Part shown: in pieces, positions 9,239 through 19,177 of the stretch | Layout of the letters: the number at the start of each line of letters is the position of its first letter | Position numbering within the stretch: the first letter of the stretch is position 1 | From: an uncultured bacterium | Lineage (GTDB): Bacteria; Gemmatimonadota; Gemmatimonadetes; Gemmatimonadales; Gemmatimonadaceae | Assembly: GCA_963978095.1 (NCBI GenBank) | Contig: CAXBQP010000001.1 | Coordinates: forward strand, 89,095-153,094 | Length of the DNA stretch: 64,000 bases | Direction: 5' to 3' | Notes under the pieces: generated by a model | What the model saw: only the letters and a program-made list of their open reading frames with translations | Databases searched by the model: none | What the model was told of the DNA's origin: nothing | Program-made: the position numbers and the translations under genes

Positions 9239-10929
9239 ACCGAGCCCTCCTTGACGGCTTTCGCGAGGTATTCACTGGTCTTCCAGGCCAGCGCCAGGAT
9301 GGTCCAGGTCGGATTCTTGTCGGCTTGCGTCACGAACGGCGACCCGTCGACCGCGAACAGATTCTTGCAATCGTGGGCCTGGCAGTTGGCGTTCAGCGCT
9401 GAGGATTTGGCATCGTGCCCCATGCGCACACCGCCCACTTCGTGAATGATCGAACCGCCGTTCGCGATGCCATACCCCCGCTCCTTGCTTGGCATGGGCG
9501 ACGAGATCTCCCCGCCCATCTCGGTCAGCAGTGCGCGGAATGTCTCCTGCATGTGCTTCACCTGGTTCAACTCGTAATCCGTCCATTTCCAGTGGAAGCG
9601 CAGCACGGGAATCCCATAGCGATCCTTCTTGGATGGGTCGATCTCGCAATAGGAGCCATCATTGGGCAACATCTCGCCCCGGCCGTCGAAGCCAATGGTC
9701 GTCCCCCAGTACTTCCGGTAGTCGGCCTTCAGATCGGCGCCATACCCGCCGCCGCCGGGATACCGGTGAATGCCGCCCATGAAGCCGTTGCTCGGCTGTC
9801 CCTTGCCGCCCCACACCTCGATGTGGTAGCCGCGCGGGAAGTCCAGCTTCTTGTTGTCCTCCCACCACGGCATGTACACATGCATCCCCCCGACACCGTC
9901 GCAGTTGTGGTTCGGCTGGCCAACGAGCCCCGGAATGAACGCGGAGACCCCCGCGCCGACCGTGTCGGTGATGTACCGGCCCACGACACCACTCGAGTTC
10001 GCCAGGCCATTCGGGTGAACCGACGACTTGGAGTTGAGCAGCAGACGGGCGGACTCGCACGCGCTCGCCGCGAGGACGACCACGCGCGCCTTCACATGAC
10101 GGTCCTCGCCACTGTGCTTGTCGACATAGCTCACGCCGGTCGCGAGCCCTTGGGCGTCCGTCGTGATCTCGCGCGCCATGGCATTGGTGATGAGCGTCAG
10201 CTTGCCGGTCTTCATCGCGGGGTAGATCAGCACGTTGGGCGACGTGAAGTTCGCATTCATCGTGCAACCGCGATTGCACTGCCCGCAATAGTGGCAGGCG
10301 GCCCGGCCGTGGATCGGCTTCGTGATGATCGAGAGGCGACTCGGGATGCACGTGATGTTGAGCGTGTCACTCGCCTTCTTCACCAGCAACTCGCGACAGC
10401 GCGGCTTCGGTGCAGGCAGGAAGTTGCCGTCGGGATGGTTGCGCAAACCCTCATTGGATCCGAAGATGCCGACGTAGTCGTCGACCTTGTCGTAGTAGGG
10501 CTTGATGTCGTCGTACGAGATGGGCCAATCGTCGCCGAGTCCATCGATCGACTTGTGCTTGAAATCATCAGGGCCGAAGCGGAGCGAGATGCGCCCCCAG
10601 TGATTCGTGCGACCGCCCACCATGCGGGCACGCCACCAATCGAACTTGGTGCCTTCTGCCTTGGTGTAGGGCTCACCGTCGATCTCCCATCCGCCGATGC
10701 AGGCATCAAACTCGCCAAAGGGTCGTTCCTTCGTGCTCGCCCCGCGCCGCGGCGTCTCGTACGGCATCGTCAGCATCTTGGAGTCCTTGGTGTTGTCCCA
10801 GGGACCACCAGCCTCCAGCATCACGACGTTCGCGCCCGCTTTGGTGAGCACATGGGCGGCCATGCCGCCACCGGCCCCTGAGCCGATGATGGCCACGTCG
10901 TAGGTCACGCGCTTGGGTTGGGTCTGCAT
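9235..10929 (-). CDS. GMC family FAD-dependent oxidoreductase
   Basis: 'YDVAIIGSGAGGGMAAHVL' FAD fold and a C-terminal 'HEVGGVRMG'. 564 aa. Confidence 0.85.
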   Translation of the reverse strand: MQTQPKRVTYDVAIIGSGAGGGMAAHVLTKAGANVVMLEAGGPWDNTKDSKMLTMPYETPRRGASTKERPFGEFDACIGGWEIDGEPYTKAEGTKFDWWRARMVGGRTNHWGRISLRFGPDDFKHKSIDGLGDDWPISYDDIKPYYDKVDDYVGIFGSNEGLRNHPDGNFLPAPKPRCRELLVKKASDTLNITCIPSRLSIITKPIHGRAACHYCGQCNRGCTMNANFTSPNVLIYPAMKTGKLTLITNAMAREITTDAQGLATGVSYVDKHSGEDRHVKARVVVLAASACESARLLLNSKSSVHPNGLANSSGVVGRYITDTVGAGVSAFIPGLVGQPNHNCDGVGGMHVYMPWWEDNKKLDFPRGYHIEVWGGKGQPSNGFMGGIHRYPGGGGYGADLKADYRKYWGTTIGFDGRGEMLPNDGSYCEIDPSKKDRYGIPVLRFHWKWTDYELNQVKHMQETFRALLTEMGGEISSPMPSKERGYGIANGGSIIHEVGGVRMGHDAKSSALNANCQAHDCKNLFAVDGSPFVTQADKNPTWTILALAWKTSEYLAKAVKEGSV

Positions 10930-10987
10930 CTCGGAAACCGGAAGGTTGGGAATGCCATCGCGCCGCCGACCTGCGCGGCGCGTTGCC

Positions 10988-11923
10988 TCAGAACTCGAGC
11001 GTGCTCAAATACCGATAGCTGGCGGTGATGCTCGCGAACACGTCCTTCGGTTGATCGTGCTCGACGATGAAGTGCTGGAAGCCGGCCTGCTTCGACTCCC
11101 GAAAGATGGCCGTCCAGTTGATGACGCCCGCCCCGACGTCGCGCATTTCATGCTGCGGGGCGCCGCCGGAGTCCTTGACGTGCGCCAGCCGGAACCGCCC
11201 CGGATACTTCTTGAAGTACGCGAGGGGATCCTGGCCGGCGTTGGTGATCCAGTACAGGTCCATCTCGAAATCCACCAGCGCCGGATCCGTTTCGCCGAGC
11301 AGCACGTCAAGCGGCATCACGCTCCCCGTCGGCGCGCCGACCGGCTTGAACTCGGCGTTGTGGTTGTGGTAGGCAAAACGCATCCCCGCATCGCGGCAGC
11401 GGGCACCGGCTTCGTTGAACCGCTTCGCGAGATCCTTCAGCCCCTCGATCGACGCCAGCGATTTCCCGGGTACGGACGCCACGATCACCCACTGGTGGCC
11501 GAGGGCCTTCGCAGCAGCGGCGGTGGTCGCCCACTGCGCCTCGACTTGGGGCATCCCGACATGACAGGAGGGCGCGGTCAGGGCGAGGGAGTCGAGCTTG
11601 GCGCGCAACGCGCCGGGGTCCCGATCGAAATAGCCGGCAAACTCGACGTCGCGATACCCGATCGCCGCGACCTTTTCGAGTGTTGCCTCGACGCTCTTGG
11701 CCATCTCGGACCGGGCGGTGTAGAGCTGAAGGCCGACGCGACCGAGTCGCGTGCGCAGACGATCGGAGAGGGCGCTGTGCGGCACCTGTGCGGCGCGCAC
11801 GGCACCGGGCATCAGGCCGACGGCCGCGGCCGCAGCGGCGGTCGTGAGGAAGTCGCGGCGAGTGGTCACCACAAGAGATTGGCTGAGGGACCCGAACTTC
11901 GCAACTGTATAGGGGCTGACCAC
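10988..11923 (-). CDS. Sugar phosphate isomerase/epimerase (xylose-isomerase-like TIM barrel), Tat-exported
   Basis: 'TTRRDFLTTAAAAAAVG' signal and the 'AYHNHNAEF' and 'HVKD' motifs. The true start may be an internal GTG. Confidence 0.75.
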   Translation of the reverse strand: MVSPYTVAKFGSLSQSLVVTTRRDFLTTAAAAAAVGLMPGAVRAAQVPHSALSDRLRTRLGRVGLQLYTARSEMAKSVEATLEKVAAIGYRDVEFAGYFDRDPGALRAKLDSLALTAPSCHVGMPQVEAQWATTAAAAKALGHQWVIVASVPGKSLASIEGLKDLAKRFNEAGARCRDAGMRFAYHNHNAEFKPVGAPTGSVMPLDVLLGETDPALVDFEMDLYWITNAGQDPLAYFKKYPGRFRLAHVKDSGGAPQHEMRDVGAGVINWTAIFRESKQAGFQHFIVEHDQPKDVFASITASYRYLSTLEF

Positions 11924-11936
11924 CGCGCCCCCCCGC

Positions 11937-13271
11937 TCAGAACGCGGCGTCCACCTTCAACAACGTGTGCAGCAGAACGTTGGCGCCGTTCGTGATGTCC
12001 TCCGGCGACGAGAACTCGGTCGGCGCATGACTGATCCCCTTCAGGCTCGGCACGAAGACCATTCCCACCGGGCAGATCTGGGCCAGGTCCTGAGCGTCGT
12101 GCCCCGCGCCACTCGGCAACGTGATGTGGGAGAGCCCCAATTCCCGAGCTGACGCAGCGACCATCGCCCGGATGCGCAGATCGGTGGGCGCCGGGATGTT
12201 GTCCGTGAACTGGTGGAACTCGAACGTGGTGTCGTTCATCGCCCCCACCTTCGCCGACTCGGTTTTGATTCGGGCGAATAACGTGTCGATCTTCTTGCCG
12301 TCGAGGTCGCGAATCTCCAACGTGAGGACGACCTTCCCGGGAATCACGTTCGGAGCGCCGGGGAAGGCCTGGATGCGTCCGACGGTGCCAACCTGGCGCC
12401 CGGGGGTCGCGCGGATCACGCGGTTCACCATCTCCGTGAATCGCGCCGCGCTGAGCATCGCGTCCCGTCGCTCGGCCATCGCGGTCGTCCCGGCATGATT
12501 GGCGAAGCCGCTGATGGTGACTTCCCACTGCTTGATCCCCACGATCCCCTCGACCACGCCGATCTGCTTCTTCTGCTGGTCGAGGGTTCCCCCCTGTTCG
12601 ATATGCAGCTCGAGATACGCGGCGACCGAACCCTTGGCACGCCGCGTGCGCTCCAGATGCGCGGGGTCACCGCCAAGGAAGGCGATGCCCTCGCGGATCG
12701 TCTTGCCGCTGCGGCTGACGGTGTTGAGCTCCGCCTCCGTGAGCACCGCCGTGGCCGCATGACTTCCCCACAGCCCGCCCTCCTCGTTCTGCCAGATCAC
12801 GACCTCGAGGGGATGCCGCGTCGTGATGCCAGCCTCACCCAACGTCTGCGCGACTTCGATCGCGCCCATCGAGCCGACCTGCCCGTCGTAGTTCCCGCCT
12901 TCGGGGACCGAATCGATATGAGAGCCGATGATGATGCTCGGACGCGACGGATCCGAACCGGCGCGCCGACCGATGATGTTGCCAGCGGCGTCGATCGAGA
13001 CGTCGAGCTTCGCATCACGGAGCATCTGCTGTACGAGCACCCGGGCATCACGGTCGGCATCGCTGTACGCGAGTCGCGAGACCCCGCCCTGCGGGTTCCT
13101 CCCGAACGCATGCAGTTGCTCGAGATGTGCATTGAGCCTGCCACCGTTCACGGTCGGTACCGCCCACCGCGGGAACGGCTCCGCGTGCATGTGACGCGGC
13201 AGGAGCGCCGCACCAAGGACACCTGCGACCGCAGTTCCGAACTCACGGCGGGACCAGTGATGTGATGACAT
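11937..13271 (-). CDS. M20 family Zn-dependent amidohydrolase (allantoate amidohydrolase / N-carbamoyl-amino-acid hydrolase type)
   Basis: Start at ATG 13271 gives 'MSSHHWSRREFGTAVAG' (Tat-like). Also 'GSHIDSVPEGGNYDGQVG' and 'SGAGHDAQ'. The 56-aa upstream extension is rejected. Confidence 0.75.
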   Translation of the reverse strand: MSSHHWSRREFGTAVAGVLGAALLPRHMHAEPFPRWAVPTVNGGRLNAHLEQLHAFGRNPQGGVSRLAYSDADRDARVLVQQMLRDAKLDVSIDAAGNIIGRRAGSDPSRPSIIIGSHIDSVPEGGNYDGQVGSMGAIEVAQTLGEAGITTRHPLEVVIWQNEEGGLWGSHAATAVLTEAELNTVSRSGKTIREGIAFLGGDPAHLERTRRAKGSVAAYLELHIEQGGTLDQQKKQIGVVEGIVGIKQWEVTISGFANHAGTTAMAERRDAMLSAARFTEMVNRVIRATPGRQVGTVGRIQAFPGAPNVIPGKVVLTLEIRDLDGKKIDTLFARIKTESAKVGAMNDTTFEFHQFTDNIPAPTDLRIRAMVAASARELGLSHITLPSGAGHDAQDLAQICPVGMVFVPSLKGISHAPTEFSSPEDITNGANVLLHTLLKVDAAF

Positions 13272-13336
13272 GAAGCGGCACTCGATGACGGTTAGGGTTC
13301 GAAACTCGCGGCCAATGTGCGGCACAGGCCTCGGGC

Positions 13337-14422
13337 TCAGGGAACGATCAACGCCTTCACGACCTCGCGATGGGCCACTGCCGCCAGCGCCTCGTTGGCT
13401 TGCTCCAATCCGAAGCGCGCCGTGATGGCATCGGCCCACGGCAGGCGTTGTCCCTGATGGGCCAACAGCTGCAGCGCCCGGTGCACATGCGAGTAATCAC
13501 ACCCCCAGCAGCCGCGAAGCTCGACATGCTTGCGATTGATGGCAAGGTGCGGATTGATGGTGACGTCCCCGGCGTTCGTGTATTGTCCGGCGATCACGAC
13601 GCGCCCGCCGTCGCGTACGAGTTCCAGCGCCTGCGGGACCGCGCGAGGATCCCCCGCGGCCTCGATCACCACGTCGACGCCGCGCCCCCCGGTCCAAGCC
13701 CGCACCTGTGCGGCGCGCTCGGACTCCGGCACGTCGAGACCGAGCGTGTGAGTCGCCCCCATCTGCCTCGCAAATTCCAAGCGGGAGGCCGGAGCACCGA
13801 TGGCGATCACGGGGTACGCGCCGCTCAGGCGACTGAGCGCGACCGCGGCCTGCCCCACCGGCCCAGCACCGAGTACCGCAACGGCATCGCCCAACGCCAC
13901 CTGCCCCCGCTCGACCGCGTGGACGGAGGTCACCAGTCCGCACCCGCCGGCGATGAAGGTCACGGGATCCACACCAGCCGGGATCCGCAGCATCTTCACG
14001 CCAGGCTTCATCCAGATGTGGGTGGCCCATCCGCCGAGCGGCCCGTCGTTCATGCCGTACGTGATGCCGTACACCTTCCGCTTGGGACACCGCGTCGTCT
14101 GCTTGGTGACCAAGCACTCGTAGCATCGGCCGCACGTTTCATGCACATCGAGAAAGGTCACCAGATCACCTTCCCGAAACGGCTCGCCGTCGATATCCGT
14201 CACCACGCCACGGATCTCCTCGAGATGACCGATCGACACATGCCCGGGAATCAGCGGATACGGGACGCCACTCAGCTTCCCCTGCTGCAAATGGACATCG
14301 GTGCCGCACACTTCGGAGTAGAGCGTGCGCAGGAGCGCGGCGCCCGGCTCCAAGGTGGGGCGCGGCAGCTCCCGAAGCTCTACGGGAGCGCCAGCATGCG
14401 GAATCACGGCGGCACGTATCAT
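13337..14422 (-). CDS. Zinc-binding medium-chain alcohol dehydrogenase family protein
   Basis: 'MIRAAVI..' start overlaps the msrA stop (ATGA). Structural-zinc motif 'CGRCYEC' and 'GAGPVG' NAD fold. Confidence 0.8.
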   Translation of the reverse strand: MIRAAVIPHAGAPVELRELPRPTLEPGAALLRTLYSEVCGTDVHLQQGKLSGVPYPLIPGHVSIGHLEEIRGVVTDIDGEPFREGDLVTFLDVHETCGRCYECLVTKQTTRCPKRKVYGITYGMNDGPLGGWATHIWMKPGVKMLRIPAGVDPVTFIAGGCGLVTSVHAVERGQVALGDAVAVLGAGPVGQAAVALSRLSGAYPVIAIGAPASRLEFARQMGATHTLGLDVPESERAAQVRAWTGGRGVDVVIEAAGDPRAVPQALELVRDGGRVVIAGQYTNAGDVTINPHLAINRKHVELRGCWGCDYSHVHRALQLLAHQGQRLPWADAITARFGLEQANEALAAVAHREVVKALIVP

Positions 14423-14973
14423 GGCGTCAGCAGATCGAGGAAATGCTTGCGCAGCTTGGCGACCTTCGGCTCGATCGTCACGGCGCAATATGCGTTGTGC
14501 GGATTCCGCGCGTAGTAATCCTGATGATAGGCCTCTGCCGGATAGTAGTTCGTCAGCGGCGTGACCTCGGTGACGATCGTGCCGCTCCAGATCCCCGCCG
14601 CGGTGAAATCAGCGATGGTGGCGCGCGCCGTGGCGGCCTGATCCATGGAATGCGTGAACACGGCCGACCGATACTGTGTCCCAACGTCGCCACCCTGTCG
14701 ATTCAGCGTCGTCGGATCGTGTACGGTGAAAAAGACCTCGAGCAACTGCCGATAGCTGATTTGCGCCGAATCGAACTCGACGCGGATGACCTCGGCGTGT
14801 CCTGTGACGCCAGTACACACCTGCTCGTAGGTCGGATTCGGACGACGCCCGCCGCTGTAGCCGTTCTCCACATGATGCACGCCACGAAGCAGGCGAAACA
14901 CGGCTTCGACGCACCAGAAACAGCCGCCCGCGAGCGTGGCGCTCTCGCGTGTGGAAGGTGGGCGGTCCGTCAC
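14419..14973 (-). CDS. msrA: Peptide-methionine (S)-S-oxide reductase MsrA
   Basis: '[15 protein letters not shown]' active site. GTG 14973 overlaps the msrB stop (GTGA). Confidence 0.85.
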   Translation of the reverse strand: MTDRPPSTRESATLAGGCFWCVEAVFRLLRGVHHVENGYSGGRRPNPTYEQVCTGVTGHAEVIRVEFDSAQISYRQLLEVFFTVHDPTTLNRQGGDVGTQYRSAVFTHSMDQAATARATIADFTAAGIWSGTIVTEVTPLTNYYPAEAYHQDYYARNPHNAYCAVTIEPKVAKLRKHFLDLLTP

Positions 14974-15425
14974 GCGCCCTCCCGGGAGAAGAGGGACACA
15001 TACTGCGCATATCCTTCCGCCTCGAGCCGTTCCCGCGGGACGAACCGCAACGACGCCGAGTTGATGCAATAGCGAAGCCCCGTCGTGCCGGGACCGTCAG
15101 GAAAGAGATGTCCCAGATGCGAGTCGGCGCCCGCTGACCGGACTTCGATGCGTCGCATGCCGTAGCTGTGGTCACTGTGCTCCGTGATGTTCGCGGGCTC
15201 GATCGGACGGTCGAAACTCGGCCACCCGGTGCCACTGTCGAACTTGTGTACCGACGAGAACAGCGGCTCCCCGGACACGATGTCCACGTAGATCCCGTCT
15301 TCGTGGTGGTTCCAGAACGCGTTATTGAACGGCGGCTCGGTGGCACTGCACTGCGTGACTTGGTACTGCGTCTCGCTCAGCCGCGCCTTCAGTTCAGGAT
15401 TCTCTGGTCTGGTCTTGTGCATCAA
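14970..15425 (-). CDS. msrB: Peptide-methionine (R)-S-oxide reductase MsrB (form lacking the Zn CxxC pairs)
   Basis: 'GTGWPSFD', '[10 protein letters not shown]' and 'RYCINSASL' motifs. Confidence 0.9.
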   Translation of the reverse strand: MMHKTRPENPELKARLSETQYQVTQCSATEPPFNNAFWNHHEDGIYVDIVSGEPLFSSVHKFDSGTGWPSFDRPIEPANITEHSDHSYGMRRIEVRSAGADSHLGHLFPDGPGTTGLRYCINSASLRFVPRERLEAEGYAQYVSLFSREGA

Positions 15426-15515
15426 AGTTGCCTCCGGGCGAGCGTGGCGTCGAGTGACTATTCTACGAAGCGCTCTCCGTTGGCGTCACCCCCACGCGTC
15501 CTCCCTGTCCGCCCC

Positions 15516-16505
15516 ATGATTGTCCCCGCACCGCTCTCCCCGCTCGACCTGCAGGATATTCAGGACGCCGCCGACCGGATTGCCGGCACCGCCGTGCGCA
15601 CCCCGCTTCTTCGATTGTCCACCGATACCGGGACCCACAACGAGACCGAGATCTGGCTCAAGCTCGAGTCGCTCCAGCCGATCGGATCGTTCAAGCTCCG
15701 TGGAGCGCTCAGCGCCGTCCGTGCCCTGCCGCCATCCGATCTGGCGGCCGGCGTACACACGACGAGCGCCGGCAACTTCGCGCAGGGACTCGCGTGGGCC
15801 GCCCGCGAGGCCGGCGTACCGTGCGCGATCTTCGCACCGGACCACGCCCCGGCGACGAAGATCGAGGCCATCCGACGGCTTGGCGCCGAGGTCACGCTCG
15901 TGCCGTTCGCCCAATGGTGGCACTGGCTACAACAGCATCAGGTCGACGGCGCCGCCGGCACCTATGTCCACCCGGGCGCCGACCGGCGAGTGATGGCGGG
16001 CAACGCGACCATCGGTCGGGAGATTCTGGCCGATCTGCCGGACACGGATGCCATCCTGGTGCCCTATGGTAGCGGCGGGTTGGCCTGCGGAATTGCCTGC
16101 GCCGTTCGGCTGCTGCGCCCGACCGCACGGATCTTTCCGGTCGAACGCGCCGGCGTCGCCCCCTATGGCGCGGCGCGGGCCGCGGAACGGCCGGTGACGA
16201 TCCCCTACACCCCGAGCTTCATCGACGGAATGGGCGGCACGACCGTGCTTCCCGAGATGTTCCCGCTCGCCCAGCAGCTGTTGGCTGAGTCGCTCGACGT
16301 CACGATCGACGAAGTCGCCAGCGCCGTGCGATGGCTCGCCGAGCGCAATCGCATCGTCGCCGAGGGGGCAGGTGCCGCCCCGGTCGCGGCCGCGTTGCGG
16401 CATGCGCGCGCCATCGGGGTTCGTCGCCTCGTCTGTGTCGTGTCCGGCGGCAACATCGACACCCCGACGCTCGCGACCATTCTGGCCGGCACCACACCGT
16501 CGTAG
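15516..16505 (+). CDS. Threonine/serine dehydratase (PLP fold type II)
   Basis: ATG 15516 begins 'MIVPAPLSPLDLQDI'. 'SFKLRGA' carries the PLP lysine. The upstream part of the track ORF is antisense to msrB and is rejected. Confidence 0.8.
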   Translation: MIVPAPLSPLDLQDIQDAADRIAGTAVRTPLLRLSTDTGTHNETEIWLKLESLQPIGSFKLRGALSAVRALPPSDLAAGVHTTSAGNFAQGLAWAAREAGVPCAIFAPDHAPATKIEAIRRLGAEVTLVPFAQWWHWLQQHQVDGAAGTYVHPGADRRVMAGNATIGREILADLPDTDAILVPYGSGGLACGIACAVRLLRPTARIFPVERAGVAPYGAARAAERPVTIPYTPSFIDGMGGTTVLPEMFPLAQQLLAESLDVTIDEVASAVRWLAERNRIVAEGAGAAPVAAALRHARAIGVRRLVCVVSGGNIDTPTLATILAGTTPS

Positions 16506-16549
16506 CGCCTCACCCGCCCCGGTCTCTCGGGGGCGCGGATCTGCCTCCG

Positions 16550-17956
16550 CTACGGCTTGGCGAGGCGCGTTTTGGTCCAGATCGCGATCGTCGGGCAGAC
16601 GACCGCGTTCACCGTGAACTCGGTGGGGATCGAGTTCAACGCCGTGTACGTTTCGATGGCCGCGACGATCTTCACTGGCAAGGCGCGATCCAGATCCCCC
16701 GACTCCATCTGCTCGAAGCGCGCGCGATCCACGAAAATGGTCACGCACCCCGCGGTCGTCCCCGCCGCCGAGCGCGTGGACTCGATCACGCGCCCGGACG
16801 CCGAGGACGAGACCTTGAAGCCAGGAAGCTGACGCAGGAGATCGGTGACCAGGATCGGATGCAAATCCTCGATCTCCTTCGGTCCCATGAAGCGGCTCCC
16901 CTGCGTCAACCGCTTGCGATCATTGAAACCGACGCGCTCCAATCCCTCGTCGAACTCGCCGGCCACCTTGACGGTGGGCAGCGCCTGCGCAGCATCGGCC
17001 ATCGCCACCACGACCTCCGCCACGCGCTTGGGTGAGAGCTCCACCGGAATCGCATACACCGAATAGCCGACTTTGCGTACCTGCAACATCTGCGTGCCCG
17101 ACGGTAATCCATCGAGCGCAAAACGACCCTCGGCATCCGTGATTCCGCGCGCCGCCGTACCCGCCACCGTAACCTCGGCCCCGGCCACTGCCGCACCGGA
17201 GCGCGCCGCAACGCGCCCTCGCAGCGCGGAAACGGATGGCCCCGTCCCCACCACGAACCGCACCGCCGCGATGGGCGCACTCTCCGCCGCATGCTTCACC
17301 TGGATCTCGGCTTTGGCCGGCGAGCCGTTGCTCGAGAACGCGACCTCCAGCGAGCCCGCCAATGCATCCGGCAACCCGCAGATCGCGAACGCCCCTTTGG
17401 CATTCGTCCGCGCCTGCCGCACCCGCTCCGGCGCGGTCGCCCCGTTCGCGGCATCCCGGTACACGAACGACAGGGCCGCGCCTTCCACCGGCCGGTCGTC
17501 GTCCGCGTTGATGACCCGGCCGAACACGATCGTCGGACCAGCGTTCGCAGCGGCACTCCGACTGCAGTTCGTGGCGCGGAACTCAGCGAGCGTCGGCGTG
17601 GACGCCGATACATCCACGCGCTGCCCCGCGGGGAAATCGATCGGAGGACTGATCACGGCGATCCCCAGCGAGTCGAGGAAGGGATGCTCGATCGATACTT
17701 GAAACTGGCCGGCGGGGACGCTGTCGAGCACGTACTGCCCGCGCATGTTCGTGACCGTTTCGCGAGCGGTGCTCAACACGCGCACCCGCGCGCCTGCCAA
17801 TGGGCCGCCTCGCAGGGAATCGCCGATGATTCCGAACATCGTTGCGACCCGACGTCCGGCCGACACGGACGACGGATCCTGCGCCCCCAGCGCAGCGGAC
17901 GCGCCAGCAAGCCCCAGTGCGAGCACCACCCATGCCCGACAAATCCGGATGCGCAT
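16550..17956 (-). CDS. Secreted protein with carboxypeptidase-regulatory-like repeats and a plug-like C-terminus (no barrel)
   Basis: Signal 'MRIRICRAWVVLALGLAGASAALGA'. Repeated 'G.V......P..GA.V.V.........TD..G.F.L..LP.G' units. The ATGA overlap with the upstream SDR stop fixes the start at 17956. Confidence 0.6.
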   Translation of the reverse strand: MRIRICRAWVVLALGLAGASAALGAQDPSSVSAGRRVATMFGIIGDSLRGGPLAGARVRVLSTARETVTNMRGQYVLDSVPAGQFQVSIEHPFLDSLGIAVISPPIDFPAGQRVDVSASTPTLAEFRATNCSRSAAANAGPTIVFGRVINADDDRPVEGAALSFVYRDAANGATAPERVRQARTNAKGAFAICGLPDALAGSLEVAFSSNGSPAKAEIQVKHAAESAPIAAVRFVVGTGPSVSALRGRVAARSGAAVAGAEVTVAGTAARGITDAEGRFALDGLPSGTQMLQVRKVGYSVYAIPVELSPKRVAEVVVAMADAAQALPTVKVAGEFDEGLERVGFNDRKRLTQGSRFMGPKEIEDLHPILVTDLLRQLPGFKVSSSASGRVIESTRSAAGTTAGCVTIFVDRARFEQMESGDLDRALPVKIVAAIETYTALNSIPTEFTVNAVVCPTIAIWTKTRLAKP

Positions 17957-18747
17957 CAGAGCAGCGTGTTGGTCCACCCGCCATCGGCGGCGATGGCCTG
18001 CCCCGTCACGAAGCCCGCGCGATCGCTCGCCAGAAACGCGATGACGGCGGAGACTTCGTTGGGCTCCCCCAGGCGACGCGCCGGCGTTTGTGCCGACCAG
18101 TTCGCATACACGTCCTCGCGCGTCCCGCCGGTCCGCGCCACGGTGTCGTCCGCGAGTTGCTTGAGGCGATCCGTCGCCGTGTAGCCTGGAAGTACGGTGT
18201 TCGCGGTCACGCCATCCGCCGCAATCTCGTCAGCCAAGGAACGGAAATACCCCGTGACCGCCGCCCGCAGCGTGTTGGAGAGCGCGAGATTCGTGATCGG
18301 CCGCTTCACTGCCATCGAGGTGATGCCGATCACGCGCCCCCACTTGCGAGCGCGCATCCCGGGCACGAAGGCACGACACAGCTCGACCGCGCTGCGCAAC
18401 AGGAGCGCGGTCGCCTGGTCCCACTCCGCCCACGAGTGTTGCGTGGCCGGGCCGGGGGTCGGCCCTCCGGTATTCGTGATGAGAATATCGACGCGACCGT
18501 CGAACTGTTCCTGCATCGTCCTCACCACGACGTCGATGCCCGCGGCCGTCGACACATCCGCCGCGATCGTCGCCGCGACGCCGCCAACGGCGCGGAGCGC
18601 CTCCGCAGCGCGCGCGAGCGAGCCGGCATCCCTCGCGCAGATCACGACACGCGCGCCCTCCCGGACCAGATCTTCTGCGGCGGCAAAGCCGATCCCGCGG
18701 CTCCCGCCACACACCAAGGCGACTTTGTCGCGAAGGCCGAGCTCCAT
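17956..18747 (-). CDS. SDR family oxidoreductase
   Basis: 'KVALVCGGSRGIGFA' TGxxxGxG motif with the start at ATG 18747. Confidence 0.85.
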   Translation of the reverse strand: MELGLRDKVALVCGGSRGIGFAAAEDLVREGARVVICARDAGSLARAAEALRAVGGVAATIAADVSTAAGIDVVVRTMQEQFDGRVDILITNTGGPTPGPATQHSWAEWDQATALLLRSAVELCRAFVPGMRARKWGRVIGITSMAVKRPITNLALSNTLRAAVTGYFRSLADEIAADGVTANTVLPGYTATDRLKQLADDTVARTGGTREDVYANWSAQTPARRLGEPNEVSAVIAFLASDRAGFVTGQAIAADGGWTNTLL

Positions 18748-18748
18748 T

Positions 18749-19135
18749 CTACTTCTGCTCGCGGATGTAGGCGTCCGACCCGTCAAGCCAGTCGGCACGG
18801 GGCGGCGTGAAGAAATCGAGATCGAGCGTATCCTCGAGCGCGTGAGCCTCATGCCGCACGTTCCCCGGAATCAGCAACACTTCTCCCGCCCGCACGTCAA
18901 CGTACGGCGCGTCGGGTGCCTTGTCCGCGTTCTCCCCCACCCAGAACCGTAGCGCCCCCTCGAGGATGTACGTCACCTGCTCATTGTGATGCTCATGCGC
19001 CTTCACGATCGAGCCCTTCTTGAGGAAGACCTGCGCCACCATCGCGCGGTCGCCGGTCAGCACCTTGCGCGACAGCAACGGCGTGAGTTGCTCCAGACGA
19101 ACATCGCTCCACGCGTGATGAGTGGCCTCGGCCAT
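18749..19135 (-). CDS. Cupin domain protein
   Basis: 128 aa with 'HEHHNEQVTYILEG' and 'PGNVRHEA' cupin motifs. There is a 1-nt gap to the SDR start. Confidence 0.75.
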   Translation of the reverse strand: MAEATHHAWSDVRLEQLTPLLSRKVLTGDRAMVAQVFLKKGSIVKAHEHHNEQVTYILEGALRFWVGENADKAPDAPYVDVRAGEVLLIPGNVRHEAHALEDTLDLDFFTPPRADWLDGSDAYIREQK

Positions 19136-19177
19136 ACGGTCCTCGAAATCGATGAAGGGTTGTGTTGCGAAAAATAC

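Noticed and set aside
14419-15425. msrB-msrA-alcohol dehydrogenase joined by GTGA/ATGA overlaps, considered as a possible unusual unit.
   Set aside because: Overlapping starts and stops are pervasive in this genome, and msrB-msrA pairing is common. Nothing here needs special explanation.
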